A stretch of DNA of 64,000 nt from a virus, in IMG/VR virus record IMGVR_UViG_3300010370_002417, positions 1 through 64,000 of that record. One strand, 5' to 3'. The position numbers were made by a program, and so were the translations under genes. The notes below the pieces were generated by a model, which was not told the origin of the DNA, did not search any database, and saw only the letters and a list, made by a program, of their open reading frames with translations. Of the stretch, positions 26,440-36,588 are shown piece after piece; within the stretch, counting starts at the first letter, position 1; every line of letters starts with the position of its first letter.

Positions 26440-27237
26440 TTAGCCCAAACGGCGATATCCCAGCAAACGATTAGCAGGATAGTATGCGACATTCACTTCC
26501 TTGTTCTGATTCCCACCAAGAACCTTGATGTAGCGAATGCCATTCAATGTTTCTTCTCCCATATAGAATCCAACGTGTCCCGCATATTGACTGCGACCAC
26601 GAGTGAACACCACGATATCACCTTCTTTAGGATACTTCGTAGCGACGCCGTATCCCAGGAAACTACGTGCTTGAAGCGAGCCAGTTCCTTCGTATCCAGT
26701 TTGCTTTAGAATAGCGTTAGCGAACGCTGCACACCATGGAATGCGTACTGGATCAACGACCATCTCATTACCCTTAGACAACAGATCGCGGAGTTCGCTT
26801 CTGTTTCTCTGAGCATGATATCCTTCCCACTGCTGAGCAACACGAACTGGCTCTGGAGCAAGTGGCGTTTTATTACGACGCGCAGGCGTATCGTTCGTCT
26901 TACGCGCTTTAGCAGTTTGTGTCGTATTATATGTGACTTGAATATTAGCCATACGAGCACGATCAGCAGCAAAGAATGCAGCTGCGCTGTCGTCGTCTGC
27001 GCGATAAGAATGAGCAGTTTCTACAGACGCTGGAGCTGGATTCCTGCGTGCGATTGTTTCTGGCTTCAGCATCGAGCAGAATCTAGCGTAATGAGCATAC
27101 TTTGGTTGAACGCTCAAATTGCAGCGCTGTAGTGCGGTCTGCTGTGATACTTGCTTTTTCTTTTGAGGAGCAGCTTCAGCGGAAACTGCCATAAACAGCG
27201 GCGACGCTGCTGTTAGTGCGATGAAAGTCTTCTTCAT
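26440..27237 (-). CDS. secreted NlpC/P60-CHAP-like peptidoglycan hydrolase (TIGR02594-like)
   Basis: Signal peptide; PWCAAFAN, ARSF, GDIVVF, GHVGF, LGGNQ. Confidence 0.85.
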   Translation of the reverse strand: MKKTFIALTAASPLFMAVSAEAAPQKKKQVSQQTALQRCNLSVQPKYAHYARFCSMLKPETIARRNPAPASVETAHSYRADDDSAAAFFAADRARMANIQVTYNTTQTAKARKTNDTPARRNKTPLAPEPVRVAQQWEGYHAQRNRSELRDLLSKGNEMVVDPVRIPWCAAFANAILKQTGYEGTGSLQARSFLGYGVATKYPKEGDIVVFTRGRSQYAGHVGFYMGEETLNGIRYIKVLGGNQNKEVNVAYYPANRLLGYRRLG

Positions 27238-27314
27238 CTTATCTCCTATTTTTGCTTGCGCTACGAAAGGAAGATACGACGCTCTGGACGTAACTATACC
27301 ATACGAATATCTAT

Positions 27315-27566
27315 TTAGCTAAACAGAGTCTCAAACGTGCCGTTTTTGATGGCCGCTGAGAGATCATCATAGCTACCTACTCTCGTTTCACCCACAAAGA
27401 CTTGTGGAACTGTACGTACATTCGGAACCTGTTCGAAGAACTCTTCGCGAGTGATATCCCGACCAATCTTGATTTCATTGTACGAAACATTATGTAGTGC
27501 GAGCAGCGACTTAGCTCGCTCGCACCACGGACAATCATCTTTACTATAAATCTTAACTTCAATCAC
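27315..27566 (-). CDS. glutaredoxin
   Basis: IYSKDDCPWC, RTVPQVF, GSYDDL; GTG start at 27566. Confidence 0.92.
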   Translation of the reverse strand: MIEVKIYSKDDCPWCERAKSLLALHNVSYNEIKIGRDITREEFFEQVPNVRTVPQVFVGETRVGSYDDLSAAIKNGTFETLFS

Positions 27567-28089
27567 CGTATATATCCCCACCCTTTTGCTTAAAATGATA
27601 ATTATGCGCTCTACGCCACTCGTTGAAAATAATTTCCTGATCGCGGCGAGCTTCTTTTTCCCACGGCAGATCGAAATATGATCCGCGACCACGCCCCTCG
27701 GACTGAACTAATTTATTCTTCCATTTACAGTAGTCGGCGTGAGTAGCCAGATCTTTTAGGTCACCGGTCGCATATTGTCGAATATGGACTATCTCATGCG
27801 CGAGCACGCGGAACAGAGTTCTATCATTTATGTGATTGCACAAGTCCATATCAAACTCGCGCGGTCTGTTATTACTGTCAGCCCAAAGAACTGAACCGTA
27901 AACGTTCGTGTTCTTCAAATCGTTAACGAGATCGATTCTTAGGGAAACATTGTTGGCAAGTCTTGTTCCTAGGGTATAGCCAAGCATCCATCTAGCCGCA
28001 GCTTCGACGAGTTTTTTCTTCCTAGGTTTACCGCCAGCCACGTATATGTCGGCGGTATTATTCGAATATTCCAAAGCCTCTGGGAACAT
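27559..28089 (-). CDS. HEXXH zinc metallopeptidase-like protein
   Basis: LAHEIVHIRQY...PWEKEA; GGGAGG SD before ATG 28089; promoter TTGACA-17-TATACT at 28114-28142. Confidence 0.8.
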   Translation of the reverse strand: MFPEALEYSNNTADIYVAGGKPRKKKLVEAAARWMLGYTLGTRLANNVSLRIDLVNDLKNTNVYGSVLWADSNNRPREFDMDLCNHINDRTLFRVLAHEIVHIRQYATGDLKDLATHADYCKWKNKLVQSEGRGRGSYFDLPWEKEARRDQEIIFNEWRRAHNYHFKQKGGDIYGD

Positions 28090-28153
28090 GGCACCTCCCT
28101 CGCTTATTGGACTAGTATATTCTACTGGCGACAAAATGTCAAGACTATTTAGT

Positions 28154-29581
28154 TTAGAACTTGAAGTTGTTGAATTTGGGTTTAGGCTTGTTGCGCTCAC
28201 GATCTTCCATCCCGAATTTGGTATTATCCATCACAGAGTCATATCGTTTAGTCTTACCACCGCGGCTGTCGTCGATCAAGTCATCCTGGGCTGTTTCTTC
28301 GACATCAAAAAGACGCATTTTGACACGATCGATACCCACGAAGAATCTCTTGTTTTCGCCAGGATCGCTGTAGCGATTTTTCAGCTGCTTGATAAGTATC
28401 TGTCCCCTTTCATCCATATCTTCAGTACGAACAAGAGCAATCATAAAGTCTGCAGTCGCAGGCAAGCCAAACGATTCCGAAGTATCTTCAAGCCCAGGAT
28501 CGCTGTTGGTGTATCCAGAGCGAGTCGTTTGCGTAGCAGAAACAATTGGTACATTCTTCTCAACAGCCAATCCACGCAGTTCTTCAGCGATAGCCTTGAC
28601 ATACGTGTAGCTGTTTACGTTCGATCCGGTCTTGATACGAGACGACATACAGATATTGAGATAATCAATGTAGATAATATCAGGAACAAAATTTCGCTTG
28701 AGATTGAGCTCATTGATAAGATGACGGAAATGTCCAACGTGAGCCGACGCAGTGGGATACTCCTTGATGATTAGCTTGCCAGTAGTCTTGGCTCTGAGCC
28801 TTTCAATCTTCTTTTCATATATATCTTTAGGCAGCATCGCAAGATCTTCTGATGCAACGTTCAACAGATTCGCGTCGATACGCTCAGCGATCTTTTCTTC
28901 AGCCATCTCCATAGTTATATAGAGAACGTTCTTTCCCATCGCAAGATTGGCTGCGGTCATATGACACATAGCCAACGTCTTACCGACGCCAGTTCCTGCA
29001 AGGATAATATTCAAAGATTTGCGAGATAGTCCGCCGCGTGTTACCTTGTTGAGTAACTCAATATCGAATGGGAGCTTTTCTTCAACGCGATGATAATAAT
29101 CAAATCGACGTTCGTAGTCTTCGATGAAGTCATGGCCGATATGACTATCAAATGAAACGCCAAGAGCTTCTGACAAAATCTCAGGGATAGAGTTCTTGGT
29201 GCGATTCTTATCTTTGCCGTCAAGAATAGAGATGCTATCCATGACCGCATTATATACTGCACGTTCTTGACAGAACTGCTCAGTGGTATCGAGAAGCCAT
29301 TGCATTTCGCTAGGCTCAGGCTCGATTAGATTGCGAACGATATCCATCGAACGCTTGTGTTCTTCTTCCGTAAGATTAGTCGCAGATTCAAGTTCAATAC
29401 CAATCGCTTCGCGTGTAGGATTGGTGTTGTACTTAGTCATAAAGTCAGTGATTCGTTTGAACACCTGACGCTCAGACGAATCACTGAAATATTCTTCTTT
29501 TAGAAAAGGTAGAGTCTTACGGGCGAAGTCTTCATTATGAACCAGATTCTTCAGAATCGTCAGTTCGATCTTCATTCCCAA
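28154..29581 (-). CDS. 41: replicative DNA helicase (T4 gp41-like)
   Basis: AGTGVGKT, IDYLNI, SATQTTR, ESFGLPATAD, KNRY. Confidence 0.97.
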   Translation of the reverse strand: MGMKIELTILKNLVHNEDFARKTLPFLKEEYFSDSSERQVFKRITDFMTKYNTNPTREAIGIELESATNLTEEEHKRSMDIVRNLIEPEPSEMQWLLDTTEQFCQERAVYNAVMDSISILDGKDKNRTKNSIPEILSEALGVSFDSHIGHDFIEDYERRFDYYHRVEEKLPFDIELLNKVTRGGLSRKSLNIILAGTGVGKTLAMCHMTAANLAMGKNVLYITMEMAEEKIAERIDANLLNVASEDLAMLPKDIYEKKIERLRAKTTGKLIIKEYPTASAHVGHFRHLINELNLKRNFVPDIIYIDYLNICMSSRIKTGSNVNSYTYVKAIAEELRGLAVEKNVPIVSATQTTRSGYTNSDPGLEDTSESFGLPATADFMIALVRTEDMDERGQILIKQLKNRYSDPGENKRFFVGIDRVKMRLFDVEETAQDDLIDDSRGGKTKRYDSVMDNTKFGMEDRERNKPKPKFNNFKF

Positions 29582-29882
29582 TCCTTCCTACTTGTTTAAG
29601 TAAAATATCGAAAAGAATACCAGCAATCGTATCTTCAAATCGTTGCTTGATACTATCAGTCAGCATTTCTTCAGCAATGAACGATTCGACGACGTGATAA
29701 TTGAAGTTGAGCATCGCGTCGCCGTTTTCGTCTTCGGTATCGCTTACTTTTAGATTTTCGTAATGATACACCATCCCTTCGAACTCGCCTTCGTTGATTT
29801 TGATGCAAACGAATTTTTCTACTTTGGGATGCATAATATGACTATAATCTACTGCGACCGGATTGTCAATAGCTCTACTCAT
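29535..29882 (-). CDS. hypothetical acidic protein between uvsX and gp41
   Basis: ORF coupled to both neighbours; position corresponds to T4 gp40. Confidence 0.65.
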   Translation of the reverse strand: MSRAIDNPVAVDYSHIMHPKVEKFVCIKINEGEFEGMVYHYENLKVSDTEDENGDAMLNFNYHVVESFIAEEMLTDSIKQRFEDTIAGILFDILLKQVGRIGNEDRTDDSEESGS

Positions 29883-30915
29883 TTTCATCTCCAAGGATAG
29901 CACCATGGGCGATGGAGTATCGTTCTTTGATATACTTAGCAAAGTCTGTTTCCTTGAACATCGTCTTCCAGAACTCGCCGTTGTCTTCGATATCCGAAGC
30001 TCTCATGTTCGGCGCAAGGACTTCTCCAGTCTCTTTGTCTACCCTAGCATACCACCCATTTTTTGGCTTAACAATATAACCGCCATCCAGAGCAACGTCA
30101 AGTAAACCGCTCCAGCGATTAATGCCACCTTCAAATGAAACGCTAATAGGGATCTTTGACTTTTCTTTGACATAACGACTCTTCTCCACGTTGATAACGA
30201 AGTGATATCCTTGGATACCTTCAGAATCCTTATCTTGCTGACGACCAAGAATCCAGATGTTGTCTGAGCCGTAGTACGAGCCAGTGCCGCCACCAACGAT
30301 ATCCTTCGGGAACATACCAATCTCTTTGTAGGTATGATTGACAACAGCCATAGGAATATCTTTGAGAGTGAGATAAGGAGTGATCATACGGAACAGCGAC
30401 TTGAGCTGCTTCGCACGAGACATATCTGCGACAGATTTTTCATTGAGCGCGTCTTCGACTTCCTTCTTAGAAGCAAGATTACCAATCGAGTCAATGACAA
30501 TCATAACATGATCGCCGCGCTCCAGCTCTGTGAGCTGTTTCATTATGTCGAATTTGAGTTGTTCGACGTCAGTGATAGGAGTATGCACAACAGAGTCAAA
30601 AGGAATACCAAAGGTATTAAAATAGGACTGAGGAGTACCAAACTCAGAATCGTAAAAAAGTATAACGCCATCTGAATACTTCCTTAGAAAGGCTGAAGCC
30701 ATAAGAAGCGCAAATCCAGTCTTAAAATGCTTAGACGGACCTGCAAGCATTGTAAGCCCAGGAGTCATTCCGCCATCAATGCTACCAGACAACGCAACGT
30801 TGATCATGGGAACTGTGGTTGGAATGACGTCTTTCTTTGTGAAAATCTTAGAATCTTCAAGAGTGGCTGTAAAAGCGATTGTACTATTTTTAATCAGTTT
30901 TTCTTTGAGCGACAT
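29875..30915 (-). CDS. uvsX: RecA-like recombinase
   Basis: AGPSKHFKT, YDSEFG, IDSIGNLAS, VVNHTY, GGGTG; promoter at 30934-30962. Confidence 0.97.
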   Translation of the reverse strand: MSLKEKLIKNSTIAFTATLEDSKIFTKKDVIPTTVPMINVALSGSIDGGMTPGLTMLAGPSKHFKTGFALLMASAFLRKYSDGVILFYDSEFGTPQSYFNTFGIPFDSVVHTPITDVEQLKFDIMKQLTELERGDHVMIVIDSIGNLASKKEVEDALNEKSVADMSRAKQLKSLFRMITPYLTLKDIPMAVVNHTYKEIGMFPKDIVGGGTGSYYGSDNIWILGRQQDKDSEGIQGYHFVINVEKSRYVKEKSKIPISVSFEGGINRWSGLLDVALDGGYIVKPKNGWYARVDKETGEVLAPNMRASDIEDNGEFWKTMFKETDFAKYIKERYSIAHGAILGDENE

Positions 30916-30944
30916 AATTCACCTCCAACATGAATACTATCATA

Positions 30945-31766
30945 CTAAGCATAAGTTGTCAAGTTTTCTTTCTCGACTTTGATCTCTTTCCAGATATCAC
31001 CATCAGTTGTTACAGCTCCTACAGTTCTTATGTCACGACTGGCTGCAATGATAAGAAGAACAGCCAGAGGATCGATGACTAGTACAAGCAGAATAATCAT
31101 GATACGTATAGCAGATTCTAAATCCTTCTCAGAATCAGCGCCATATATCAGTTCTGCGACATAACGTATAGGACCGACTTCATTTCTAATCTCGCGAGTA
31201 GCCTTCATCAGTGGCGCTTTCTCGTCGAGCAACTTTTCGATATTAGTTTGCGCGTCTTTGATTTCAGCAGCTATGGTGTCGCGCTCTTTCTTTTGCTGAT
31301 TGCGTATCTGTAATGCAGTTTGAGCGCGATTGTTTCTGTCTATGATACTATCTATTGCTCGATCTAACTGTCCAACTTGTTGTTCTGCTTTCGTGATGCG
31401 CGCACGCTCGCGCGTGAGCGAGCCATCTATTCTTTCTATCTTGGCTGCAACTTCGCCACTCGGAGCAACTTGATCTAGATGCGCTTTGGATAAGAACCCA
31501 AAGATACCCATGCTTGTGATCAGCATGAGAATGAATAATGCGCTTACGAAATATGTTTTCATCAGAAACGGAACGTGCTTCCAGTTTCTGTATAGCCATG
31601 ACGCAAGGATTATTTTTCCGAACTCCAACGTGCCGCCAAGAATGACGATCGCCCAGAATGCTCCTGCGAAGATAGCTGTTAGACCTGTGACTGAGTACCA
31701 CGCAGCGACAACGGATAATGCTATCCCTGTTGCCATAATCAACCAACGATCTAAGTTAAGTGCCAT
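30945..31766 (-). CDS. membrane protein with long coiled coil
   Basis: 3 N-terminal TMs, ITSMGIFGFLSKAH, coiled coil, GPIRY, C-terminal TM with DPLA. Confidence 0.75.
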   Translation of the reverse strand: MALNLDRWLIMATGIALSVVAAWYSVTGLTAIFAGAFWAIVILGGTLEFGKIILASWLYRNWKHVPFLMKTYFVSALFILMLITSMGIFGFLSKAHLDQVAPSGEVAAKIERIDGSLTRERARITKAEQQVGQLDRAIDSIIDRNNRAQTALQIRNQQKKERDTIAAEIKDAQTNIEKLLDEKAPLMKATREIRNEVGPIRYVAELIYGADSEKDLESAIRIMIILLVLVIDPLAVLLIIAASRDIRTVGAVTTDGDIWKEIKVEKENLTTYA

Positions 31767-31935
31767 CGTGATCTTTTAGTAGCATCTTGGATGCTTCTAC
31801 CCATAGACGGACCGAAAGGAGATCATGGTATCCCGCAGTTCCATCATACAGTTCGACAACCATTTTTGCCACTTCCAGATCGCGTCCGTGCCACGTTAGG
31901 AAATCTTTATAGTTTTCTTTTGTTACTTCAAACAT
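31756..31935 (-). CDS. 59-aa hypothetical protein
   Basis: MFEVTKENYKDFLTWHG...DHDGT fills the gap and overlaps both neighbours. Confidence 0.6.
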   Translation of the reverse strand: MFEVTKENYKDFLTWHGRDLEVAKMVVELYDGTAGYHDLLSVRLWVEASKMLLKDHDGT

Positions 31936-32149
31936 TGATCTTAGACATCTTTCTTCGACCTATGGTTTCGTTAACTCGAGCGCGGATCTGTGCATTTTCC
32001 CAGGTCCAGCACTCGCCAGTGTCATCCTGAAACACAACCCACATCAAATCATTTTCCATACCGTAGTCAATAAGAAAGTGAGCCATAGCCCGACCCTTTG
32101 GTGTCATCAAAGGAATCGGTGGATCAATTCTTGTAATCGTACTCTGCAT
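31928..32149 (-). CDS. conserved phage hypothetical protein
   Basis: PPIPLMTPKG...IDYG...GECWTW...NETIGR; GAGG SD. Confidence 0.75.
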   Translation of the reverse strand: MQSTITRIDPPIPLMTPKGRAMAHFLIDYGMENDLMWVVFQDDTGECWTWENAQIRARVNETIGRRKMSKINV

Positions 32150-32150
32150 A

Positions 32151-32519
32151 TCATCCTCTAGTTATTTTCAACACAGCATCCAACTGACGCTGACAGACTT
32201 CGCGCCTGTTAGGCCAGTGAATCCATTCTTTATCTGCAGTCTTCAATAGATTATTCAGCAGCGGAACTACGATAGCTTCAAGCTGTCTGATCTTATCGCG
32301 CATTTCTGTTTCTGTAGCACTGGAAGCTACGTTGTTCTGCATTCTGCTAAACTCAACAAGAATGCGATCTAGCTTTTCATCAACAGAATCGAAGCGATCG
32401 TCGAGATCGATATTGATAACTGGCTGCTCAACAGGAGCTGGCTTCGCGAAGTCTGGCTCATCGACTGCGGAGAACCCATAGTCTTGTCCAAGATATTCAG
32501 CAGGGATATTCACAGTCAT
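32151..32519 (-). CDS. conserved hypothetical protein
   Basis: DYGFSAVDE...PLLNNL...IHWPNR; coupled to gp43. Confidence 0.75.
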   Translation of the reverse strand: MTVNIPAEYLGQDYGFSAVDEPDFAKPAPVEQPVINIDLDDRFDSVDEKLDRILVEFSRMQNNVASSATETEMRDKIRQLEAIVVPLLNNLLKTADKEWIHWPNRREVCQRQLDAVLKITRG

Positions 32520-35011
32520 GCAAAGAAATCCTCCAATGTACTTTGCTTTTCTTCGTGCCAGTTGATCACTTCAAGAATAGCGCGCAACGGCTCGAGAAAC
32601 GTCTTGTCAAATTGCATATCGTAATCAATGTACTTCTTCAGATTGAACTCTGCCGGCAGTTCATTGATCGCAGATATCACATTGTCATGTAATGGGTTTG
32701 GCATCTTGAGATAGGAGAAGCGAATCTTCTCACCATCTTTGATATACTCATACTTCTTATTCAGTTTCATCTCGCGAATCTTGCTGTTATACAACAGAGC
32801 GCCGCGCACATGAATCGGAATAGACTTTGTTTCCTTGGCATATTTAGTTAGATTCTGCACAGATCTTGGGAATGATACTTCTTCGAACGGCAGCTGGTTG
32901 AACTCGCTTCTAAAGTTCGCTATGAAATCCTGCAGCGTTGTTTCATCCTTCGACATAATAATGTTCAGCGCGTCGATGATAGCCTGACGACAAACTGCAG
33001 GAGTCGACGACTTAACTGCTTCGATACCCATGATCTTCAGTTTGGGCTTTGCATATCGCACGCCCTCAGAGTCATGAACGTTGAGGATATATCGTTTCTT
33101 CGCAGTCCAGATACCGCGGTCAGCAATAACCTCGCGCTTCATGTTCATCTTTTGCGCGAACGCCCCCATCCGAATAGCAAGATCCGAATAGATGCGATCA
33201 ATAACTGGTTCGATCTTCTCGCTAGCCATCTTATCAAGGAACGAAACAATCCGATCTTTCGAAACTTCTGAGTCGTTATCCGTCTCTCCTCGTTCTTCAA
33301 ACACCATGTGTACAAGTCTATCAAACGAGATGTAAAGTGAATCCGTATCCGAAGCAATGACATAGTCTTCTCCGTCAGTCTTGAGTAGTTTGTTCAGATA
33401 TTTGTTTATCTCATTCTCAGCCCAGCGAATAGAAAGCTGACCGCCGAGAGTAATCGCTGTAGCCTGATCAATATCAAAGAAACGAAAGTGAGGATTACCA
33501 ATCGCGCCGTAAGCTGAGTTCAACTGAACTTTCTTAGCGAGCTGCATATTTTTGTATCGAGATATATCTTTAGATGCTTGCTTATCTTTCGTCGCTTCGT
33601 ACTTCTTCTGCGCTTCGATCATCTTGTTTTTATATACAACACGATCGTTGTACATACGTTCCATGATCTCAGGTAGGAATCCTTGCTTGTCTTTCTTGAA
33701 GAAGCATCCATTCGCAGCCATGCCATACCCATCCGGCACTTCAGGGAATATGCCATCGAGCAGTTCATCGACGCTGGTCTGTGCTCTCTTTCCACGCAAC
33801 AACGTTTCAGGACTGATGTTGTACTGCATGATAAGATGCGGATACAGAGAGTTCAAGTCGAATGACATAACCCAGTTGTGTGCTCCGACCTGCGGATCTT
33901 TGACGAACGCGCCAACATACGCTTCGTCTTTGCTTCCGCCGCCAGTCAGCGGAACTGCAATCTTCTGCTTCCATAGATGATTGTGAATGATGACGTCCCA
34001 CATACGAACCTGTGTGAACACATCGAGCAATGTGACTTTCGCATCGTACGCGAGCGCGAGAGCCATGTCAATCAGTTTCATCTTGTCATCGAGCTTTTCT
34101 ACGAGCTCAACGTCTCGAATGTTATAGTCGATGAATCGCTGGAAATCTTTTACATAGAACTCATGCAGCGTGTCGTAGTCATATGATAGCTTTCGTTCGC
34201 CTAGCTCAATGAAGCCAATGTGATCTAGCTTGTATGACTCTTGCTGAGAATATGTAAACTTCTGATACATCTCAAGATAGTCGAGAGTCGCGATGCCGCC
34301 GATGTTGAATACAGTTTCTTCTTTGAACTTCGTACGAACCTGACGCTCTTTGAAGATTCTCCACGGTGAGAATCGCTTCGCTTCGCTCTCGCCAATGATT
34401 TGATTCATGCGACGAATGAGATACGGAATATCGAAGAACGTGACGTTCCATCCAGTTACGACATCAGGGTAGCCGCCTTCAGCCCACTCGCTGAGGAAGC
34501 GGGTGAGCAGTTCTCTTTCGTTGTTGCATTGATGATAGAACACATCGTTGCGCGAAGGAACATAGTCGCCATATCCCCACACATGGAATATGCTATCTTT
34601 CTTCAGCGTGATGGCTGTAACTTCGTGGAGTGCTTCGTCTGCGCTTGGAAAGCCAAACTCTGAGCTCACCTCGATATCGATGTACGCGACTTTGATTAGA
34701 TCACGATCGTACACGACTTCTTCTGGATATTCTTCGTTCAGATACGCATAGATAAATCGTGGGAGACCATAGACCTTGAAGTTAGATACATCTTCGTATC
34801 TATTGATAAAGTCTTTAGCCTCTCGGATAGAATCAAACTGCATACTATCCAGGGGCACGCCACGGATATCGCGCCAACCTGCATTCTCACGCTTGGAGGG
34901 AACAAACATCTTTGGCTTGTAGGGAATCTTTTCAGAGAAGGCTTGTCCGCGATCATAGCCGCGGACAAGAATGTTGTTTCCGTACTCGAGAGCATTAGTA
35001 TAGAACTTCAT
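32516..35011 (-). CDS. 43: family B DNA polymerase (T4 gp43-like)
   Basis: DIE, GWNVTFFD, YNIRD exonuclease motifs; FDLNSLYP, KVQLNSAYG, SDTDS, KKRY. Confidence 0.98.
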   Translation of the reverse strand: MKFYTNALEYGNNILVRGYDRGQAFSEKIPYKPKMFVPSKRENAGWRDIRGVPLDSMQFDSIREAKDFINRYEDVSNFKVYGLPRFIYAYLNEEYPEEVVYDRDLIKVAYIDIEVSSEFGFPSADEALHEVTAITLKKDSIFHVWGYGDYVPSRNDVFYHQCNNERELLTRFLSEWAEGGYPDVVTGWNVTFFDIPYLIRRMNQIIGESEAKRFSPWRIFKERQVRTKFKEETVFNIGGIATLDYLEMYQKFTYSQQESYKLDHIGFIELGERKLSYDYDTLHEFYVKDFQRFIDYNIRDVELVEKLDDKMKLIDMALALAYDAKVTLLDVFTQVRMWDVIIHNHLWKQKIAVPLTGGGSKDEAYVGAFVKDPQVGAHNWVMSFDLNSLYPHLIMQYNISPETLLRGKRAQTSVDELLDGIFPEVPDGYGMAANGCFFKKDKQGFLPEIMERMYNDRVVYKNKMIEAQKKYEATKDKQASKDISRYKNMQLAKKVQLNSAYGAIGNPHFRFFDIDQATAITLGGQLSIRWAENEINKYLNKLLKTDGEDYVIASDTDSLYISFDRLVHMVFEERGETDNDSEVSKDRIVSFLDKMASEKIEPVIDRIYSDLAIRMGAFAQKMNMKREVIADRGIWTAKKRYILNVHDSEGVRYAKPKLKIMGIEAVKSSTPAVCRQAIIDALNIIMSKDETTLQDFIANFRSEFNQLPFEEVSFPRSVQNLTKYAKETKSIPIHVRGALLYNSKIREMKLNKKYEYIKDGEKIRFSYLKMPNPLHDNVISAINELPAEFNLKKYIDYDMQFDKTFLEPLRAILEVINWHEEKQSTLEDFFA

Positions 35012-35017
35012 ATTCTA

Positions 35018-35046
35018 ATACTATCATATCAAGACGCGGTTGTCAA
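35018..35046 (-). promoter_or_regulatory. sigma70 promoter, leaderless geometry (gp43)
   Basis: TTGACA-17-TAGTAT-6 nt-ATG, no SD. Confidence 0.8.
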
Positions 35047-35373
35047 GATCCCTTTCTTGGGTAATACAAGTCCAGAACCAAAGTTCTGATTGTATGTGTT
35101 CTCGATCTGTTCGTCTGGTTCGTATGTGAAAAGAACATTGCGCGGATCCAGAATGATTTCTTTGTTCCTAGCCATAGGAATGAAATCAATCAGAGCCATT
35201 TGTGTCTTTCCAGTTGCCGTAGGCTGCAACAGAACAGCTGCAGGTTTCAGCACTCTAATCATATTACCAGCGACACCAACCTTTCCGATGATCTCGTCGC
35301 CATTCAGCAAACGAAGCATCATAATGGTTGTACCAACATCTTGACTAGCAGCATTCACAGGATTCACATTCAT
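35029..35373 (-). CDS. conserved small beta-barrel (Sm-like) protein
   Basis: LRLLNGDEIIG...YNQNFGSGLV pattern, typically found upstream of gp43 in T4-like phages. Confidence 0.75.
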   Translation of the reverse strand: MNVNPVNAASQDVGTTIMMLRLLNGDEIIGKVGVAGNMIRVLKPAAVLLQPTATGKTQMALIDFIPMARNKEIILDPRNVLFTYEPDEQIENTYNQNFGSGLVLPKKGILTTAS

Positions 35374-35382
35374 ATTATTTCC

Positions 35383-35865
35383 TCACTTCGTTACGCCCGC
35401 CATCTTCTCCTGACCACGGGACCAAGCAGCAATACCAAGAACAGCACCCATTGCGAGATGGAACAGACCAGCGCCTTGCAGCGTGAGAGGATTCCATTGC
35501 GTGAGTGGCATCTTTACCATGACTTGTGCGACCGACCACATAATTGGAAAGACCGCCATGTCGAGTACGCAGATAACCATATAACACCAACCCATTGCTG
35601 GACGCCATTTCTTCGCCATCCAGTCTTCATTCTGCTTTGCGTTTTCCGCTTCCCACTTCTTCTTCTCTAGTTCGATAGCAGCAAGTTGTGCTGCTTCTGA
35701 TAGTTGTGGAGCAGCAGAAGCGACTGGACCAGAAGAACGAGTAGTGGTCTCTACATATGTAGTTGGAATAGAAGCAGCTGCACCTTTCGTAGCAGCAGGA
35801 ATCTGATCCATAGCAGGTTTCGCGACGATTGGCTCGTCGTCTGTTGTAGTTCCGAATTTTGGCAT
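35383..35865 (-). CDS. putative holin
   Basis: WRPAMGW, TM segments, LGIAAWSRGQEK; directly after the endolysin. Confidence 0.7.
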   Translation of the reverse strand: MPKFGTTTDDEPIVAKPAMDQIPAATKGAAASIPTTYVETTTRSSGPVASAAPQLSEAAQLAAIELEKKKWEAENAKQNEDWMAKKWRPAMGWCYMVICVLDMAVFPIMWSVAQVMVKMPLTQWNPLTLQGAGLFHLAMGAVLGIAAWSRGQEKMAGVTK

Positions 35866-35875
35866 CGTGATTTCC

Positions 35876-36493
35876 TTATGCGAATATTTCTAAAGCAGCC
35901 GCATAATGTTCTTCACGATCTTTCAATCCTATAGTTCCACCGTTGATTTTCTTTGTGACAGTAAGAACGTCACCTCTATCAGCCCACTGATTCAGTTCAC
36001 GAGAATCCCAGAACCAACCAGCGGACCAAGCCGCACCTTCAGCTGTTTCGAGCCACTCAGTTGCTTCCGCGAGATCCATGTTCATGTCTGTCGCAAATGC
36101 TTGATAGTTGCTCTTTCCTGTCAGCTGAATAAGTCCACGCCCACAATAACGATAACCGTCTCCAGACTCTGGAGGACCGTTACCCATACGACTGGCGTAA
36201 ACTAGATTTGCAATCTTTTCAGGCTGTTTAGCGTATTGATTAGGATCTTTACCACGGAAATACTTTGGGAAGATCTTTACTAGCGTCTCAGCTCTATAGT
36301 TTAGATTTTCCTTACGAGCACGCAGTCCACCTGATTCGTGTCCTACCTGTGCAAGGAACATTGAGATACGATTCTTATTATTGATTTCGTAGAACTCCAT
36401 CACTTCGTTGAGTGGTTCTACGAACTCCTGAACGATGTCTTCGTCCGTATCCTCGAAAAACTCATTCAGTTGGTCAAATGTAACAAGCGCCAT
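35876..36493 (-). CDS. GH19 family endolysin
   Basis: FLAQVGHESG, GRGLIQLTGKSNY, TKKINGG; late promoter CTAAATA near 36513. Confidence 0.92.
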   Translation of the reverse strand: MALVTFDQLNEFFEDTDEDIVQEFVEPLNEVMEFYEINNKNRISMFLAQVGHESGGLRARKENLNYRAETLVKIFPKYFRGKDPNQYAKQPEKIANLVYASRMGNGPPESGDGYRYCGRGLIQLTGKSNYQAFATDMNMDLAEATEWLETAEGAAWSAGWFWDSRELNQWADRGDVLTVTKKINGGTIGLKDREEHYAAALEIFA

Positions 36494-36588
36494 TGGACCC
36501 TCCTTTCAGCTGTATTTAGCTGTAAGGGCGGTTCCCCATCTTTTCGCGCATTAGATTCTTGGTTTCTGTGATGATGTTGCATATAAAC

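Noticed and set aside
10276-35011. Introns or inteins in nrdJ, gp41, uvsX and gp43
   Set aside because: All are uninterrupted, of normal length, and lack intein end motifs.
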